From Macrostomum hystrix (lineage: Eukaryota; Animalia; Platyhelminthes): DNA of 64,000 nt. Below are positions 12,930 to 26,768 of the stretch, piece by piece. Positions within the stretch are counted from its first letter, which is position 1. Each line of letters starts with the position of its first letter. The notes beneath the pieces are model-generated. The model saw only the letters and a program-made list of their open reading frames with translations. It searched no databases and was not told where the DNA came from. Location of the stretch: contig CATNEN010000034.1 in the NCBI GenBank assembly GCA_950097015.1, forward strand, positions 7,688,001 through 7,752,000, in the 5' to 3' direction. The translations under genes and the position numbers were made by a program.

Positions 12930-13885
12930 AGTTCCCATCATTTTCCTAAGATTCTTTGGACGTTTCCCATATTTGTCATTTGGTTGTTTCCCATCATGGT
13001 CCTTCGATTCTTTGGTTGTTTCCCATCATGTTCCTAAGATTCTCTGGCAGTTTCCCATCATGGTCCTTCGATTCTTTGGTTGTTTCCCATCATGTTCCTA
13101 AGATTCTCTGGCTGTTTCCCATCATGGTCCTTTGATTCTCTGGTTGTTTCCCATCATGGTCCTTCGAATCTTTGGTTGTTTCCCATCATGGTCCTTCATT
13201 TCTCTGGTTGTTTCCCATCATGGTCCTTTAATTCTTTGGTTGTTTCCCATCATGGTCCTTTAATTCTTTGGTTGTTTCCCATCATGTTCCTAAGATTCTC
13301 TGGCTGTTTCCCATCATGGTCCTTCGATTCTCTGGTTGTTTCCCATCATGGTCCTTCGATTCTCTGGTTGTTTCCCATCATGGTCCTTCGATTCTCTGGT
13401 TGTTTCCCATCATGGTCCTTCGATTCTCTGGTTGTTTCCCTTCATGGTCCTTCGAATCTTTGGTTGTTTCCCATCATGGTCCTTCATTTCTCTGGTTGTT
13501 TCCCATCATGGTCCTTTAATTCTTTGGCCGTTTCCCATCATGGTCCTTTAATTCTTTGGTTGTTTCCCATCATGGTCATTTAATTCTTTGGTTGTTTCCC
13601 ATCATGTTCCTAAGATTCTCTGGCTGTTTCCCATCATGGTCCTTCGATTCTCTGGTTGTTTCCCATCATGGTCCTTCGATTCTCTGGTTGTTTCCCATCA
13701 TGGTCCTTCGATTCTCTGGTTGTTTCCCATCATGGTCCTTCGATTCTCTGGTTGTTTCCCTTCATGGTCCTTCGAATCTTTGGTTGTTTCCCATCATGGT
13801 CCTTCATTTCTCTGGTTGTTTCCCATCATGTTCCTAAGATTCTCTGGTTGTTTCCCATCACGGTCCTTCGATTCTTTGGTTGGTT
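12930..13885. repeat. 32-bp minisatellite (TGGTTGTTTCCCATCATGGTCCTTCGATTCTC), about 29 copies
   Basis: Visible tandem units; they account for the periodic ORFs at 13080-13905. Confidence 0.95.
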
Positions 13886-14351
13886 CTGAACATCAGAAGC
13901 ATTAAGAAATTTACTGCGGTTAACTGAGTAAACTCACTAAAACATCGCTTTAGCCTCCATAACATTTTTGGAGACGTGACATTGGCTAGTCTACAAGAAC
14001 CAATCAGCGGGCGTAAAAGATTCCTAAGCATTATCTTCCCGCGTGTCTCTCCCTTTTCTCAGTCCATTAATCCAGAGCCCCAGCACTGAAATCGTCAATG
14101 TAAAATACCCACAGCGGCAGCAGCAGCAGCGGCAGCAGCAGCGTTCACACGTACAAGTCAGAGACGTAAATTCACAGTCGAACAGACAAGACTAGCCATC
14201 CAGATTCCCACTCTGAGGTCAAGCTAAACATCATCGTGTGAGACGGCTCATATACTCAGGAAGCACGGTAAATTGGGGATAGGTGCGAATTCAATGTCAG
14301 CTACGAAATAAAAGTACATAACTTTGAAGAAGGTTCAACCGCTGCGAAGCC

Positions 14352-16656
14352 ATGATGCAGAAGCAGGGCAGCAGAGAGACGGCCACAAGGATGGCTCTGC
14401 GCGCTTTGACGCCACTTCTGCGGTGCCACCAGCCATTGGACAGCGACGACTCTCGCCAGCTGCTGGCTTCCGTGGACGAAGGCGTCAATTGCCACGGCCT
14501 GCCCACCTCGTCGCTGTGGTTCGGCGCCGAAGGCGGAGACTCGGCCGCGATTGTATTCGTGCTGCTGGCGCTCGTGCTGCTCGCGTCGTTGCTGCTCAAC
14601 GGCATGGTCCTGTGGCTGCTTCACGTCGGGCGGATTCGCCTAACCGACATTGGCGTGATCGGCATCTGCGCCAATGCCATCTCTGACATGGCGCTGGCGT
14701 TAATTTACCTGGGTAGCGACTACCTGGCACCGTTGCTGCCCGGCTCAACTGAGGCGGCGTCATCCGCCAGCGGCAACAGTCCGCTGGGCATTGTTGAGGC
14801 CCTGTGGCCCGCTCTGCAGTGTCGATTTCGCATGTACATTGGCCAGTCCTGCCTGAGCATGAACGCCCTGATGCTGACCGGCTTGGCCAGGTTCGCTGAC
14901 CGCCGGGCATGCGAGCGCCTCATCGGTTCTGCACCCTGCGGCATCTTCATGTTCCCCAGCCTGCTGGCTTTCCTGGCCCTGGGCGCTAACATCTGGTTCT
15001 TGGTGCTCAGCGAATGCCGCATGATGGCCTTCAGCTACACCAGTAGACTGGTTGCGGACCTGCCTGTTCTGCTCACCGATCAGGCCTCCATTGGCTGGAT
15101 CCTGTTCGGCTTGTCCGCGGTTACGCAACTGCTACCGCTATGTCTGGCAGCCTATTTCCTCTGGCGCAATCGGCCGAACAGGCAGCAGCAGCAGCAGCAG
15201 CAGTCTCAATCTATGTGAGTACCCGTTAGCTATTGTGTTTGAGTGTGTTAAGCTTCGTAAAAATACGCAATTGTACTGTACATTATTCTCTAACTTGGCT
15301 ATTTATTGACGTCGGTTATCTAGACAAATGATGGATTAAGAGGAATCAGCCGAATATTGAATTCAGAGGAAACTGTTGAATGTAGAATCCAGAGGAAACT
15401 GCCGAATATAGAATCCAGAGGAAACTGCTTAATATAGAATCCAGAGGAAACTGCCGAATATACAATCCAGAGGAAACTGCCGAATATAGAATCCATAGAA
15501 AAGTGCCGAAAATATAATCCAGAGGAAACTGCCGAATAGAGAATCCAGAGGAAACTGCCGAATATAGAATCCAGAGGAAACTGTTGAATATAGAATCCAG
15601 AGGAAACTGTCGAATATAGAATCCAGAGGAAACTGTTGAATATAGAATCCAGAGGAAACTGCCGAATCAAGAGGAAACTGCCGAATAAAGAATCCAGAGG
15701 AAACTGCCGAATAAAGAATCCAGAGGAAACTGCCGAATAAAGAATCCAGAGGAAACTGCCGAATAAAGAATCCAGAGGAAACTGCCGAATAAAGAATCCA
15801 GAGGAAACTGCCGAATATAGAATCCAGAGGAAGCTGCCAAATATAGAATCCAGAGGAAACTGTTGAATATAGAATCCAGAGGCAACTGTTGAATATAGAA
15901 TCCACAGGAAACTGCCGAATATAGAATCCAGAGGAAACTGCCGAATAAAGAGTCGAAGAGAAACTGCCAGACAAAGGTTTGGAGCAAACTTAAACCTCGA
16001 AAATAATCTGGAAGCATATTGAATTAGAGAATCTCTGTCACTTCAACAACACTAGGGGCTCGGCCGCTGGTAGGCCGCAAACTCGAGCTCAGCAGCGCCA
16101 GCAACAGCAGCAGCAGCAGTCGGATGAGCATCGGCAGCGAGACCTGGTCCGCCTGACCGGCTGGCTGTGCCTTGCGCACCTGCTCAGCCTGCCTCAGACG
16201 CTCCTGCTGACGGCCTACTTCGCCCAGTCGCCTGGAAGTCAGCGAGCGAGCCTTCCGCTGCTGGCTGTGGGTCTCTGCTCCGCTGTGTGCACCTCGGCGA
16301 TGCTGGTGGCCAAGCCAGCCGTGTACCTGGCTCTGCGGTCCGACATCCGGCTGGCTCTGCAGCGGCGTCAACAGCCGCCGGATCGTGGCGATTTTGAATC
16401 TGGCCGCAGCGGCGGCGGAGGCGGCGGCAGCGGACGCGCTCACAACGCGCTCCGCCAGCAGGACTCCGTATTGAGCAGTGTTCTCAACCAGGCTGACGAT
16501 GAAATCGAGGTGGACGCCAATGACAATGACGAAGCGGTGGTCCAAGAGGCGACTGGCGCGCCAGAGTCGGAAGCGGAGGATTCTGAGAGAGATCGAGGCG
16601 TCAGAGAGTTCGCCACAGTCGCACTGCTTGGACGGTGTTCTCAAACTCAAGACTGA
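14352..16656 (+). CDS. Divergent orphan rhodopsin-like (class A) GPCR, 2 exons, about 487 aa
   Basis: Exon 1 is 14352-15214 (TM1 LLNGMVL, TM2 AISD, Cys before TM3, TM5 LLP..AY; donor GTGAGT at 15215). Exon 2 is 16056-16656 (phase-compatible acceptor ACACTAG; TM6 HLLSLP, TM7 KPAVY then helix-8-like LRSDIR). The acceptor choice is inferred from phase. Confidence 0.75.
15345..15965. repeat. 26-bp minisatellite (GAATATAGAATCCAGAGGAAACTGCC) in the GPCR intron
   Basis: About 23 visible units. Confidence 0.95.
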
Positions 16657-17286
16657 CTACTGGCACAGGATCTATAAAATGACTCAATGAACCGCGAATC
16701 ACGATGCATAGCTATTAGATTCCTGGGAAAATTTCCCGCTTAGATACTAATCTTCCCAGTTCCTGCCCATTGCGCGAGCTTTAGAATGCTGGTTCAGAAT
16801 CTGAAATCCCAAATCCCAGATTTTAAATTTACAAGCATAATCTCTCAAATCCTGAAATCCAGAAATTCAAATTTGAAATCCTGAATCACAACATCAAATC
16901 CCGAGTTCGATAATGGCGAAATATCTATGCCAGGGTTTTTTAAGCGTTTTCTTAGAAATTTTCGGCATTTTTTCTGAGAAATCGGACAGTATTCTTGTCT
17001 GCTGGCCTGAACCTGGAATCAAGTTGATCAAATTAATTTAATTTATAGCCTGTTTAAAATTGATTTCTCAGATGTCCTTCAAAACGGAACATTCGCTACT
17101 ATAGCAGTCATGTAGTTAAGCATGAATTCCTTGCCGGCTGTGCAGTTGTGAAATGTAATCAATAAAAAACTTTAATCCGCTAAATGAAAGAGATTTAGCA
17201 GTTTCCATAAATTCATGCGGCTGAAGGACTTCGTTATTATTTGCCTTATCTGTCTTCTTATTCTTATCTAGTAAGTTTGTTAACAA

Positions 17287-18080
17287 ATTACCGATTTCCG
17301 ATTACCGATTTCCGATTACCGATTTCCGATTACCGATGTCCGATTACCGATTTCCGATTACCGATTTCCGATTACCGATTTCCGATTACCGATTTCCGAT
17401 TACCGATTTCCGATTACCGATTACCGATTACCGATTTCCGATTACCGATTTCCGATTACCGATTTCCGATTTCCGATTACCGATTTCCAATTACCGATTT
17501 CCGATTACCGATTTCCGATTTCCGATTTCCGATTTCCGATTTCCGATTTCCGATTACCGATTTCCGATTACCGATTTCCGATTACCGATTTCCGATTACC
17601 GATTTCCGATTACCGATTTCCGATTACCGACCGATTTCCTATTACCGATTTCCGATTACCGATTTCCGATTATTGATTTCCGATTTCCCATTTCCGATTA
17701 CCGACTTCCGATTACCGATTTCCAATTACCGATTTCCAATTACCGATTTCCGATTACCGATTTCCGATTTCCCATTTCCGATTACCGATTTCCGATTACC
17801 GATTTCCGATTACCGATTTCCGATTACCGATTTCCGATTACCGATTTCCGATTACCGATTTCCAATTACCGATTTCCGATTATTGATTTCCGATTTCCCA
17901 TTTCCGATTACCGATTTCCGATTACCGATTTCCGATTACCAATTTCCGATTACCGATTTCCGATTACCGATTTTCGATTGCCGATTACAGATTTTTAATG
18001 ACTGATTTCAGATAACCGATTTCCAATTACTGATTATAGATTTTTGATTACCGATTTCCGATTACCGATTTTCAATTTTC
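17287..18080. repeat. 14-bp satellite (TTACCGATTTCCGA)n, locus 1
   Basis: Visible tandem units built from CCGATT-based subunits. Confidence 0.95.
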
Positions 18081-19494
18081 GATTACTGCTTTCCTCTCGC
18101 TGAGCAGAATCTTGAATTTCAATCCTTGATTACAGAAGTGCTGATCTTGCTAAACATATTTCTGGATTTAATCCTAATCCTAAATCTTAATCAGAGTGAA
18201 CACACGATTTCGATCTCTACGCAGAACTAATTCCATCTTCGGATTTAGTTTTACAATATTCTCTAGGAAGCTCAAGAGAGTGCACTTTTTATATTTCTTA
18301 GAAACCAGTCGATAGATATCAATTGAACAGCTGCCACCTTCAGACATCGGCTACTCCCGTTTCGATTCCTCGGCACTGCCTAGGTAAGGTGAGCACAGCT
18401 CTCCAGATACTCGAATTTCGCAGCATTGATTCGTTCTCGATTCTGCCAATCGATCAATGGATGGATCGATGGATCGAAGCGAAGTTTGAAACAAAACCTT
18501 TGGAATGTTTAGCAAAATTCATCAGTTACTTTCAGAGTTGCTCGGGTTATATAAAACAAGCGTTACTAGATTAAAAAAGAAGCATGCTTTTCAGTTTTAC
18601 GTAATGTAACATTGATTAACGGAACTCAGAGAAACGCATCTCAGGACTTAACGAAAGATTGATTGACAATAATCAAAGTAACGAATTTTAACTATCGTTC
18701 TTGTACAAACACGGATCAAAAGTATCTTAGTCAATTTGAAAATTATTAAGACAAGACAGAGTTTGAAGATGAAAAAGTAACGGACTTTTTTGTTCTAAGT
18801 AACGTAACATCGATTAACGGAACACTAGAGTAACGATTTTTAATGGAGCTATCTAGATTCTTTAAAGTCTTTTAGTAAAAAATATGAAACTCTAGCAACA
18901 TAAAATTGACGCCTGAAGGCAATCTTTTTGTAAGTAATGCTGTTAATATTAACGGAATTATTATTCAAAGCATGGAATTGCTCGCTGTATTTGCTTGCGA
19001 AAAGACGCGAGACATAACTATGTGTACTCAGGGCTGCACATCTTCGTTAAGAAACTCACAAACTAGGGCTAAACTAAAAATCAATTTCATGTTGACATTT
19101 AAGCTTCCTGATCTGCCCAGCAACCAGATTCCTTCTTACTCCTGTTGCTATGCTCAAACCTGGCCTTTCTAGTCAGCAAGCACGGAGGGGATTAAAAAGG
19201 GATTCGAATTTAGCCGTCGTGACAGGGTTTTGCTTTCAACACAGACTAATGTCTGATCCTGGGATATGCAAAAGTTTCAGATGAGCCTCAGCAAGGCCGC
19301 AATGTTTTTATTTCTGCTAATTTTTATTTACGATTAAAACAAACGAAAAAAATGAAATATGAGTAAAACAAAACAAAACGCAAGTCTAAGAATCAACTCA
19401 AGTGTATTTATATAGATCTGATGGTCTAAATTAAGATAGATGAGGAAATTATTACGTATGAGTGCTAGAAAATTCTGAAGCTAACTTCCTGAAG

Positions 19495-20695
19495 GTATGT
19501 TGAGACAAGAACCCAGATTCAGAAGGATCTGAAGGGATGTCACTGAAGGATTTGAAGGGATGTCACTGAAGGTATGTCACTGAAGGTATGTCACTGAAGG
19601 TATGTCACTGAAGGTATGTCACTGAAGGTATGTCACTGAAGGTATGTCACTGAAGGTATGTCACTGAAGGTATGTCACTGAAGGTATGTCACTGAAGGTA
19701 TGTCACTGAAGGTATGTCACTGAAGGTATGTCACTGAAGGTATGTCACATAAGGTATGTCACTGAAGGTATGTCACTGAAGGTATGTCACTGAAGGTATG
19801 TCACTGAAGGTATGTCACTGAAGGTATGTCACTGAAGGTATGTCACTGAAGGTATGTCACTGAAGGTATGTCACTGAAGGTATGTCACTGAAGGCATGTC
19901 ACTGAAGGCATGTCACTGAAGGATCTGAAGGCATGTCGCTGAAGGATCTGAAGGTATGTCACTGAAGGATCTGAAGGTATGTCACTGAAGGTATGTCACT
20001 GAAGGATTTGAAGGGATGTCACTGAAGGTATGTCACTGAAGGTATGTCACTGAAGGTATGTCACTGAAGGGATGTCACTGAAGGTATGTCACTGAAGGTA
20101 TATCACTGAAGGTATATCACTGAAGGTATGTCACTGAAGGGATGTCACTGAAGGTATGTCACTGAAGGTATGTCACTGAAGGTATGTCACTGAAGATATA
20201 TCACTGAAGGTATATCACTGAAGGTATGTCACTGAATAATCTGAAGGGATGTCACTGATGGGATGTCACTGAAGGTATGTCACTGAAGGTATGTCACTGA
20301 AGGTATGTTACTGAAGGTATGTCACTGAAGGCATGTCACTGAAGGCATGTCACTGAAGGATCTGAAGGCATGTCGCTGAAGGATCTGAAGGTATGTTACT
20401 GAAGGATCTGAAGGTATGTCACTGAAGGATCTGAAGGTATGTCACTGAAGGATCTGAAGGTATGTCACTGAAGGATCTGAAGGTATGTCACTGAAGGCAT
20501 GTCACTGAAGGTATGTCACTGAATGATCTGAAGGTATGTCACTGAAGGATCTGAAGGTATGTCACTGAAGGCATGTCACTGAAGGTATGTCACTGAATGA
20601 TCTGAAGGTATGTCACTGAATGATCTGAAGGTATGTCACTGAATGATCTGAAGGTATGTCACTGACGGGATGTCACTGAATGATATGAAGGTATG
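19495..20695. repeat. 14-bp minisatellite (GAAGGTATGTCACT)n with GAAGGATCT insert variants
   Basis: Visible tandem units. Confidence 0.95.
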
Positions 20696-21124
20696 TCTCA
20701 ATTACGGGTTAATTTTTTTCTGTACCCGGATCATTAAGCCACTGAAAGGCTTAGAAGAATCAGATTTCTTATTCAAAGAATGAAAAAATGAAAGTCCGTT
20801 AAATGAGAACAAAAAACAGCTTCAAAGGGTTCAGAATCAGTATTCGAAATGTGTAGCGATCGACTCAGGCCTCAGGCCATTGTGAGCACTTGCTTGCGAC
20901 ATTGTGAAAGAATCTGAGAGGAATGACAATTTTATATTTGGAATCTAAGCCAACTGAAAGGAATGTTTCTTAATTCTATAGAAAACAGAAGTTGACAGAT
21001 ATGAAAACTGCTGCTTTAGTCTGGAATCGGCATGTATTCTACTGCAGGGGTCGGCCAACTTTGGCCTGCGGGCCAGATGCGGCCTTCAATGCTCCCAAAT
21101 CCGGCCCCTTCCGTCACCTGCAGT

Positions 21125-22745
21125 ATCCTGTCTCATCTATCCTCGGTTTCGTCTCTCCCCGGTCTCATCTCCTCATCTCTTCACTGTCTCTTCTCTCCGC
21201 TGTCTCGTCTCGCCGCTGTCTTATCCCTCCCCTGTCTCATATATCCTGTGTCCCATCTCTCCCATGCGTCATCTCTCCGCTGTCTCATCTCTCCGCTGTC
21301 TCATCTCTCTTGTGTCTCATCACTCTAGTGTCTCATCTCTCCCGTGTCTCATCTCTCCCATGTCTCATCTCTCCCGTGTCTCATCTCTCCCTGTCTCATC
21401 TCTCCCGTGTCTCATCTCTCCCGTGTCTCATCTCTCCTGTGTCTCATCTCTCCTGTGTCTCATCTCTCACGTGTCTCATCTCTCCCGTGTCTCATCTCTC
21501 CCGTGTCTCATCTCTCCCGTGTCTCATCTCTCCCGTGTCTCATCTCTCCTGTGTCTCATCTCTTCCATGTCTCTTCTTGCCCATGCCTCATCTCTCCCGT
21601 GTCTCATCTCTCACGTGTCTCATCTCTCCCGTGTCTCATATCTCTGCTGTCTCATCTATCCTGTGTCTCATCTCTCCCGTGTCTTATCTCTCCCGTGTCT
21701 CATCTCTCCTGTGTCTCATCTCTTCCATGTCTCTTCTTGCCCATGCCTCATCTCTCCCGTGTCTCATCTCTCACGTGTCTCATCTCTCCCGTGTCTCATC
21801 TCTCCCGTGTCTCATATCTCTGCTGTCTCATCTATCCTGTGTCTCATCTCTCACGTGTCTCATCTCTCCCGTGTCTCATATCTCTGCTGTCTCATATCTC
21901 TGCTGTCTCATCTATCCTGTGTCTCATCTCTCCCGTGTCTTATCTCTCACGTGTCTCATCTCTCACGTGTCTCATCTCTCCCGTGTCTCATCTCTCCCGT
22001 GTCTCATCTCTCCCGTGTCTTATCTCTCCCGTGTCTCATCTCTCCCGTGTCTCATCTCTCCCGTGTCTCATCTCTCCTGTGTCTCATCTCTCCTGTGTCT
22101 CATCTCTCACGTGTCTCATCTCTCCCGTGTCTCATCTCTCCCGTGTCTCATCTCTCCCGTGTCTCATCTCTCCCGTGTCTCATCTCTCCTGTGTCTCATC
22201 TCTTCCATGTCTCTTCTTGCCCATGCCTCATCTCTCCCGTGTCTCATCTCACTTGTGTCTCATCTCTCACGTGTCTCATCTCTCCCGTGTCTCATATCTC
22301 TGCTGTCTCATCTATCCTGTGTCTCATCTCTCCCGTGTCTTATCTCTCCCGTGTCTCATCTCTCCTGTGTCTCATCTCTTCCATGTCTCTTCTTGCCCAT
22401 GCCTCATCTCTCCCGTGTCTCATCTCTCACGTGTCTCATCTCTCCCGTGTCTCATATCTCTGCTGTCTCATCTATCCTGTGTCTCATCTCTCACGTGTCT
22501 CATCTCTCCCGTGTCTCATATCTCTGCTGTCTCATCTATCCTGTGTCTCATCTCTCCCGTGTCTTATCTCTCACGTGTCTCATCTCTCACGTGTCTCATC
22601 TCTCCCGTGTCTCATCTCTCCCGTGTCTCATCTCTCCCGTGTCTTATCTCTCCCGTGTCTCATCTCTCTCGTGTCTCATCTCTCCCGTGTCTCATCTCTC
22701 CTGTGTCTTATCACACCTTGTCATATTTTCTGTCTCATCTCTCCC
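21125..22745. repeat. 16-bp minisatellite (CCCGTGTCTCATCTCT)n with higher-order blocks, about 100 copies
   Basis: Visible; gives 16-aa periodic ORFs in all three plus-strand frames. Confidence 0.95.
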
Positions 22746-23180
22746 ATATTTTAGATTCCTACAGTCAGTATGGCCCGCTGTCGTCTTTTAGATTTCCTCT
22801 TTGGCCCGCTAGCTAATAGATTTGCTGACCTCTACTGTTTGAGACGGGCCTTTGAGGCAAATGTCGACCTCAATTTCAATCGCCAGTCTCAAATTTGGAA
22901 CGTCCACAGAGAGCCTCCGGTGCTTGGAAACAGAAACTATTTCCTTTCTTACTTCCCATCAGAGGCTTAGATCTCTATTTCAGAAGCAGGCACCGCAGTT
23001 CAGGTTGCCTCATCTCATTTCAGGAACAGAGCGGATGTCGCGTCATAAAAAGTGTCTCGTTTCCGTTGCCAATTGACTCCAAAAATTGTTGAAAGCACAG
23101 CTGGGGCGCAATCGACTGTGAGCTTTGATCTTTGCCGGCGGTGGAATCCTCTGTCTTCTAGGCAGACTGTCTGCCTGTCT

Positions 23181-23625
<445 letters not shown>

Positions 23626-24334
23626 AGCATTCGGTTGCACTCTTGTCAGCACAGTCAGCAAGTTCGCACTGTTGGTTCGTACTCATATCCTGTTGAGCAG
23701 GTCACTTTCCGCCACTCACAATGCCCTGCTAAAGCACTTAGGTTCCTAGCCACACTACAGCAGCAATTGACATGTTCTTTCCACATTGATTATTGCTTTT
23801 AGCCGAATTGATTGAAATAATTCGTGCCGGACATATCTGAGCATATCGTCTGGCGATACGAATTTCAGTTTGATGACGCTTTTGAGAACATTGAAAGCTG
23901 GAGCACTTTATATTTTACTAAAGCCCTCTGGATTCCTCTTTTAAAAGCCTGAGTTGATTTCAAAGCCACCAAAATTTCCCCATCCCCTGTCTATCATCCG
24001 GGAAATTTTTACCTCTGAAGCAAATAATTCGGCTCCCAATCCTTTGGAGCTGAACCGGATTAAATAAAGTTTGCTAAAGTTTGCATTCTCACCCATCTCG
24101 CAGAGTTGATTTCCCAAGGGAGGCCACCGAAATAAAGGACAATCTTAAGAGGTTTTCGTCACTTATGGAGACACTATCGTGTGACATGCCGGATTTTCCC
24201 AACAGGCTGGGGTTTCAGTTTTTGAAGCACCATTTAGATAGACAATGTCTTTATTTCAGAACTTAAAATGGGACCTAGAAATAAATAAAATATAGAAGAA
24301 AAGCTATCCCAGCCTAATTACCAATTCCTAATAG

Positions 24335-25055
24335 TTATCATTTCCGATTACCCATATCCGATTACCGATTTCCGATAACCGATTTCCAATTACCGATTAC
24401 CGATATCCGATAACTGATTTCCGATAACTGATTTCCAATTACCGATTACCGATATCCGATTACCGATTTCCGATTACCGATTTCCAATTACCGATTACCG
24501 ATATCCGATAACTGATTTCCGATAACTGATTTCCAATTACCGATTACCGATATCCGATTACCGATTTCCGATTAGCGATTACCGATATCCGATTACCGAT
24601 TTCCGATTACCGATTACCGATTTCCGATTACCGATTTCCGATTACCGATTACCGATTTCCGATTACCGATTACCGATTTCCGATTACCGATTTCCGATTA
24701 CCGATTTCCGATTACCGATTTCCGATTACCGATTTCTGATTACCGATTTCCAATTACCGATTATCGATATCCGATAACTGATTTCCGATAACTGATTTCC
24801 AATTACCGATTACCGATATCCGATTACCGATTTCCGATTACCGATTACCGATTTCCGATTACCGATTTCCGATTACCGATTACCGATTTCCGATTACCGA
24901 TTACCGATTTCCGATTACCGATTTCCGATTACCGATTTCCGATTACCGATTTCCGATTACCGATTTCCGATTACCGATTTCCGATTACCGATTTCCGATT
25001 ACCGATTTCCGATTACCGATTTCCGATTACCGATTTCCGATTACCGATTTCTGAT
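24335..25055. repeat. 14-bp satellite (TTACCGATTTCCGA)n, locus 2
   Basis: Same unit and orientation as 17287-18080. Confidence 0.95.
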
Positions 25056-26768
25056 TCCCTAATCCAACTGTATTAGGATTGGAATTAGCTATTTGACATT
25101 CCAAATGGTTTCCGATTTCCCATAATCGACTTGACTACAAGATTTCATATCGCAGATCGTTTATTTTTCCATTTTTTTCAAGGATTTCCGTTTTTCTATT
25201 TCCTGCTTACAGAAAATCTCGTTTACTGTGCGCGTTGGCGAGACTAAAAAAGCACTTTTAAAATTGAGTCACTTTCTAGATAATTTCACCAGCTGAGGGC
25301 TGATCAGGACCCTCCACCGGTCCCTTCCTTCGCCCTTCCATCGCCCTTCCATCGCCCTTACACCGGCTCACAACGCGCCCACATCGCCATTCGAGTCTGC
25401 ACAGGCCTTCTTTTATTTTATTCCCCGGCGTCTAAGACTGAATGGAGTGATTTATGGCGCCAGGCGGCCGCCTACACAATACTCAGGCTGGCCCATTGCG
25501 GCATTACTGGCGAGTGCCATATACATCAGCGGAGCAATTGAGCAGTGCTCAAACTGCTTATGAGACGCATGCATAGGTATGGCCAGTGAGAAGTTGAGAT
25601 TGATTCTGGGGTTGCACTAATGCGGATGGCTTCCATTTAGGCGAACTGGCTGAAGACTATGGAGACGAATATCTGGCAAGTTTTGGTCCCTATCTAAAAT
25701 TCTGAGTAATTAGCAACACAGATGGCTGTGTGCTGCTCCAGTGACTGAGAATACTCACTGGGCAGAAGGCAGGGAGGACACAGTCGACCTCATTTCCGGT
25801 CCCTGGGGGAGAGTAGGGGGTTAGGTGGGTCTGCCATCAATTCCGGCCTCCAAAAAGTCCGGCCATTCCTTCTTCCCTCTCTCTATTTCTGTTTCCTATA
25901 GTCAGGATTTGACGCCAATAATCCCATATTGGAAAATAGCCATCATGAAAGAAGCGCCGCTCTCACAGATCCGCCTATCTTAGAATTAGGCTCCGATGCT
26001 CAGATATGTAGCTTTTATGATCGAAAATGTCGGCTAGCAATGATTGAATGTCACAAAAATCCATTAGGATATCGAATGCAGAGCAGTAAATGAAAACTGG
26101 ATATCTTGAGCACATCGAATAATGTATCTATGTGTGAACGTGTTGCTTCTCACGGTTAAGACATCACGGGACTCATATTTAATTAATCACTAATGAGCGC
26201 ATCCTGAGTATACTAATTTTATTCGGCCCTTGCATTTAAGTACACTACTGATAGTAGAGTAGTGTGTGCTCACGGCGGAAATGTGGGTCAATATTTGACA
26301 GGATATTTGCGACACGGAGACGTGCAGCTCACAACGTTGTCTTTCAGTGCTGAGAGTTTTTTTCAGTACGCTGATGCTTTATAGAATTCGGCTGGAAAAT
26401 AATAAACCGGTAGAGTTGACTGTACGCAGAATTTGCTACCGCCTGTGCTCACCCGAGCTTTTGAGTTACTCGCAACCTCTCTTACCTTTTCTTCTTTAGC
26501 CCATGCAGCCCAAGCTGAGCACTTGCTCAGTGCGGCTATGTACATGCCAGACATTTTCTCTATTGCCCTAGCCAATACTGCTCTGTCTCTCTTGCTCTCG
26601 AATTTTTTCTACCTGCCAAAGCGACGGCCCCCCCGCTGTGTTGCTAGGTCTCAGCAGCGGTTCTCTTCACTCAAGCCTAGCGACGTATCTTCGCTAACAG
26701 TAAAACCCAACTATTTATTTAGCGTCCTTAGAGTCCGATTTTGGAGTTACAGCTCGCAAACGATCGCC

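Noticed and set aside
16021-16030. TTAG/AGAG as the GPCR exon-2 acceptor
   Set aside because: Out of phase with the donor at 15215; the AG at 16054-16055 keeps the TM6-TM7 frame.
18600-18960. Three ATTAACGGAA motifs (Myb-like sites)
   Set aside because: Explained by a degenerate local duplication of about 200 bp in AT-rich DNA; no further support for function.
26433-26768. N-terminal extension of the NHL ORF from the TTG at 26433
   Set aside because: Non-ATG start, UTR-like composition and a splice acceptor just before ATG 26769. Not fully excluded, because an in-frame ATG exists at 26538.
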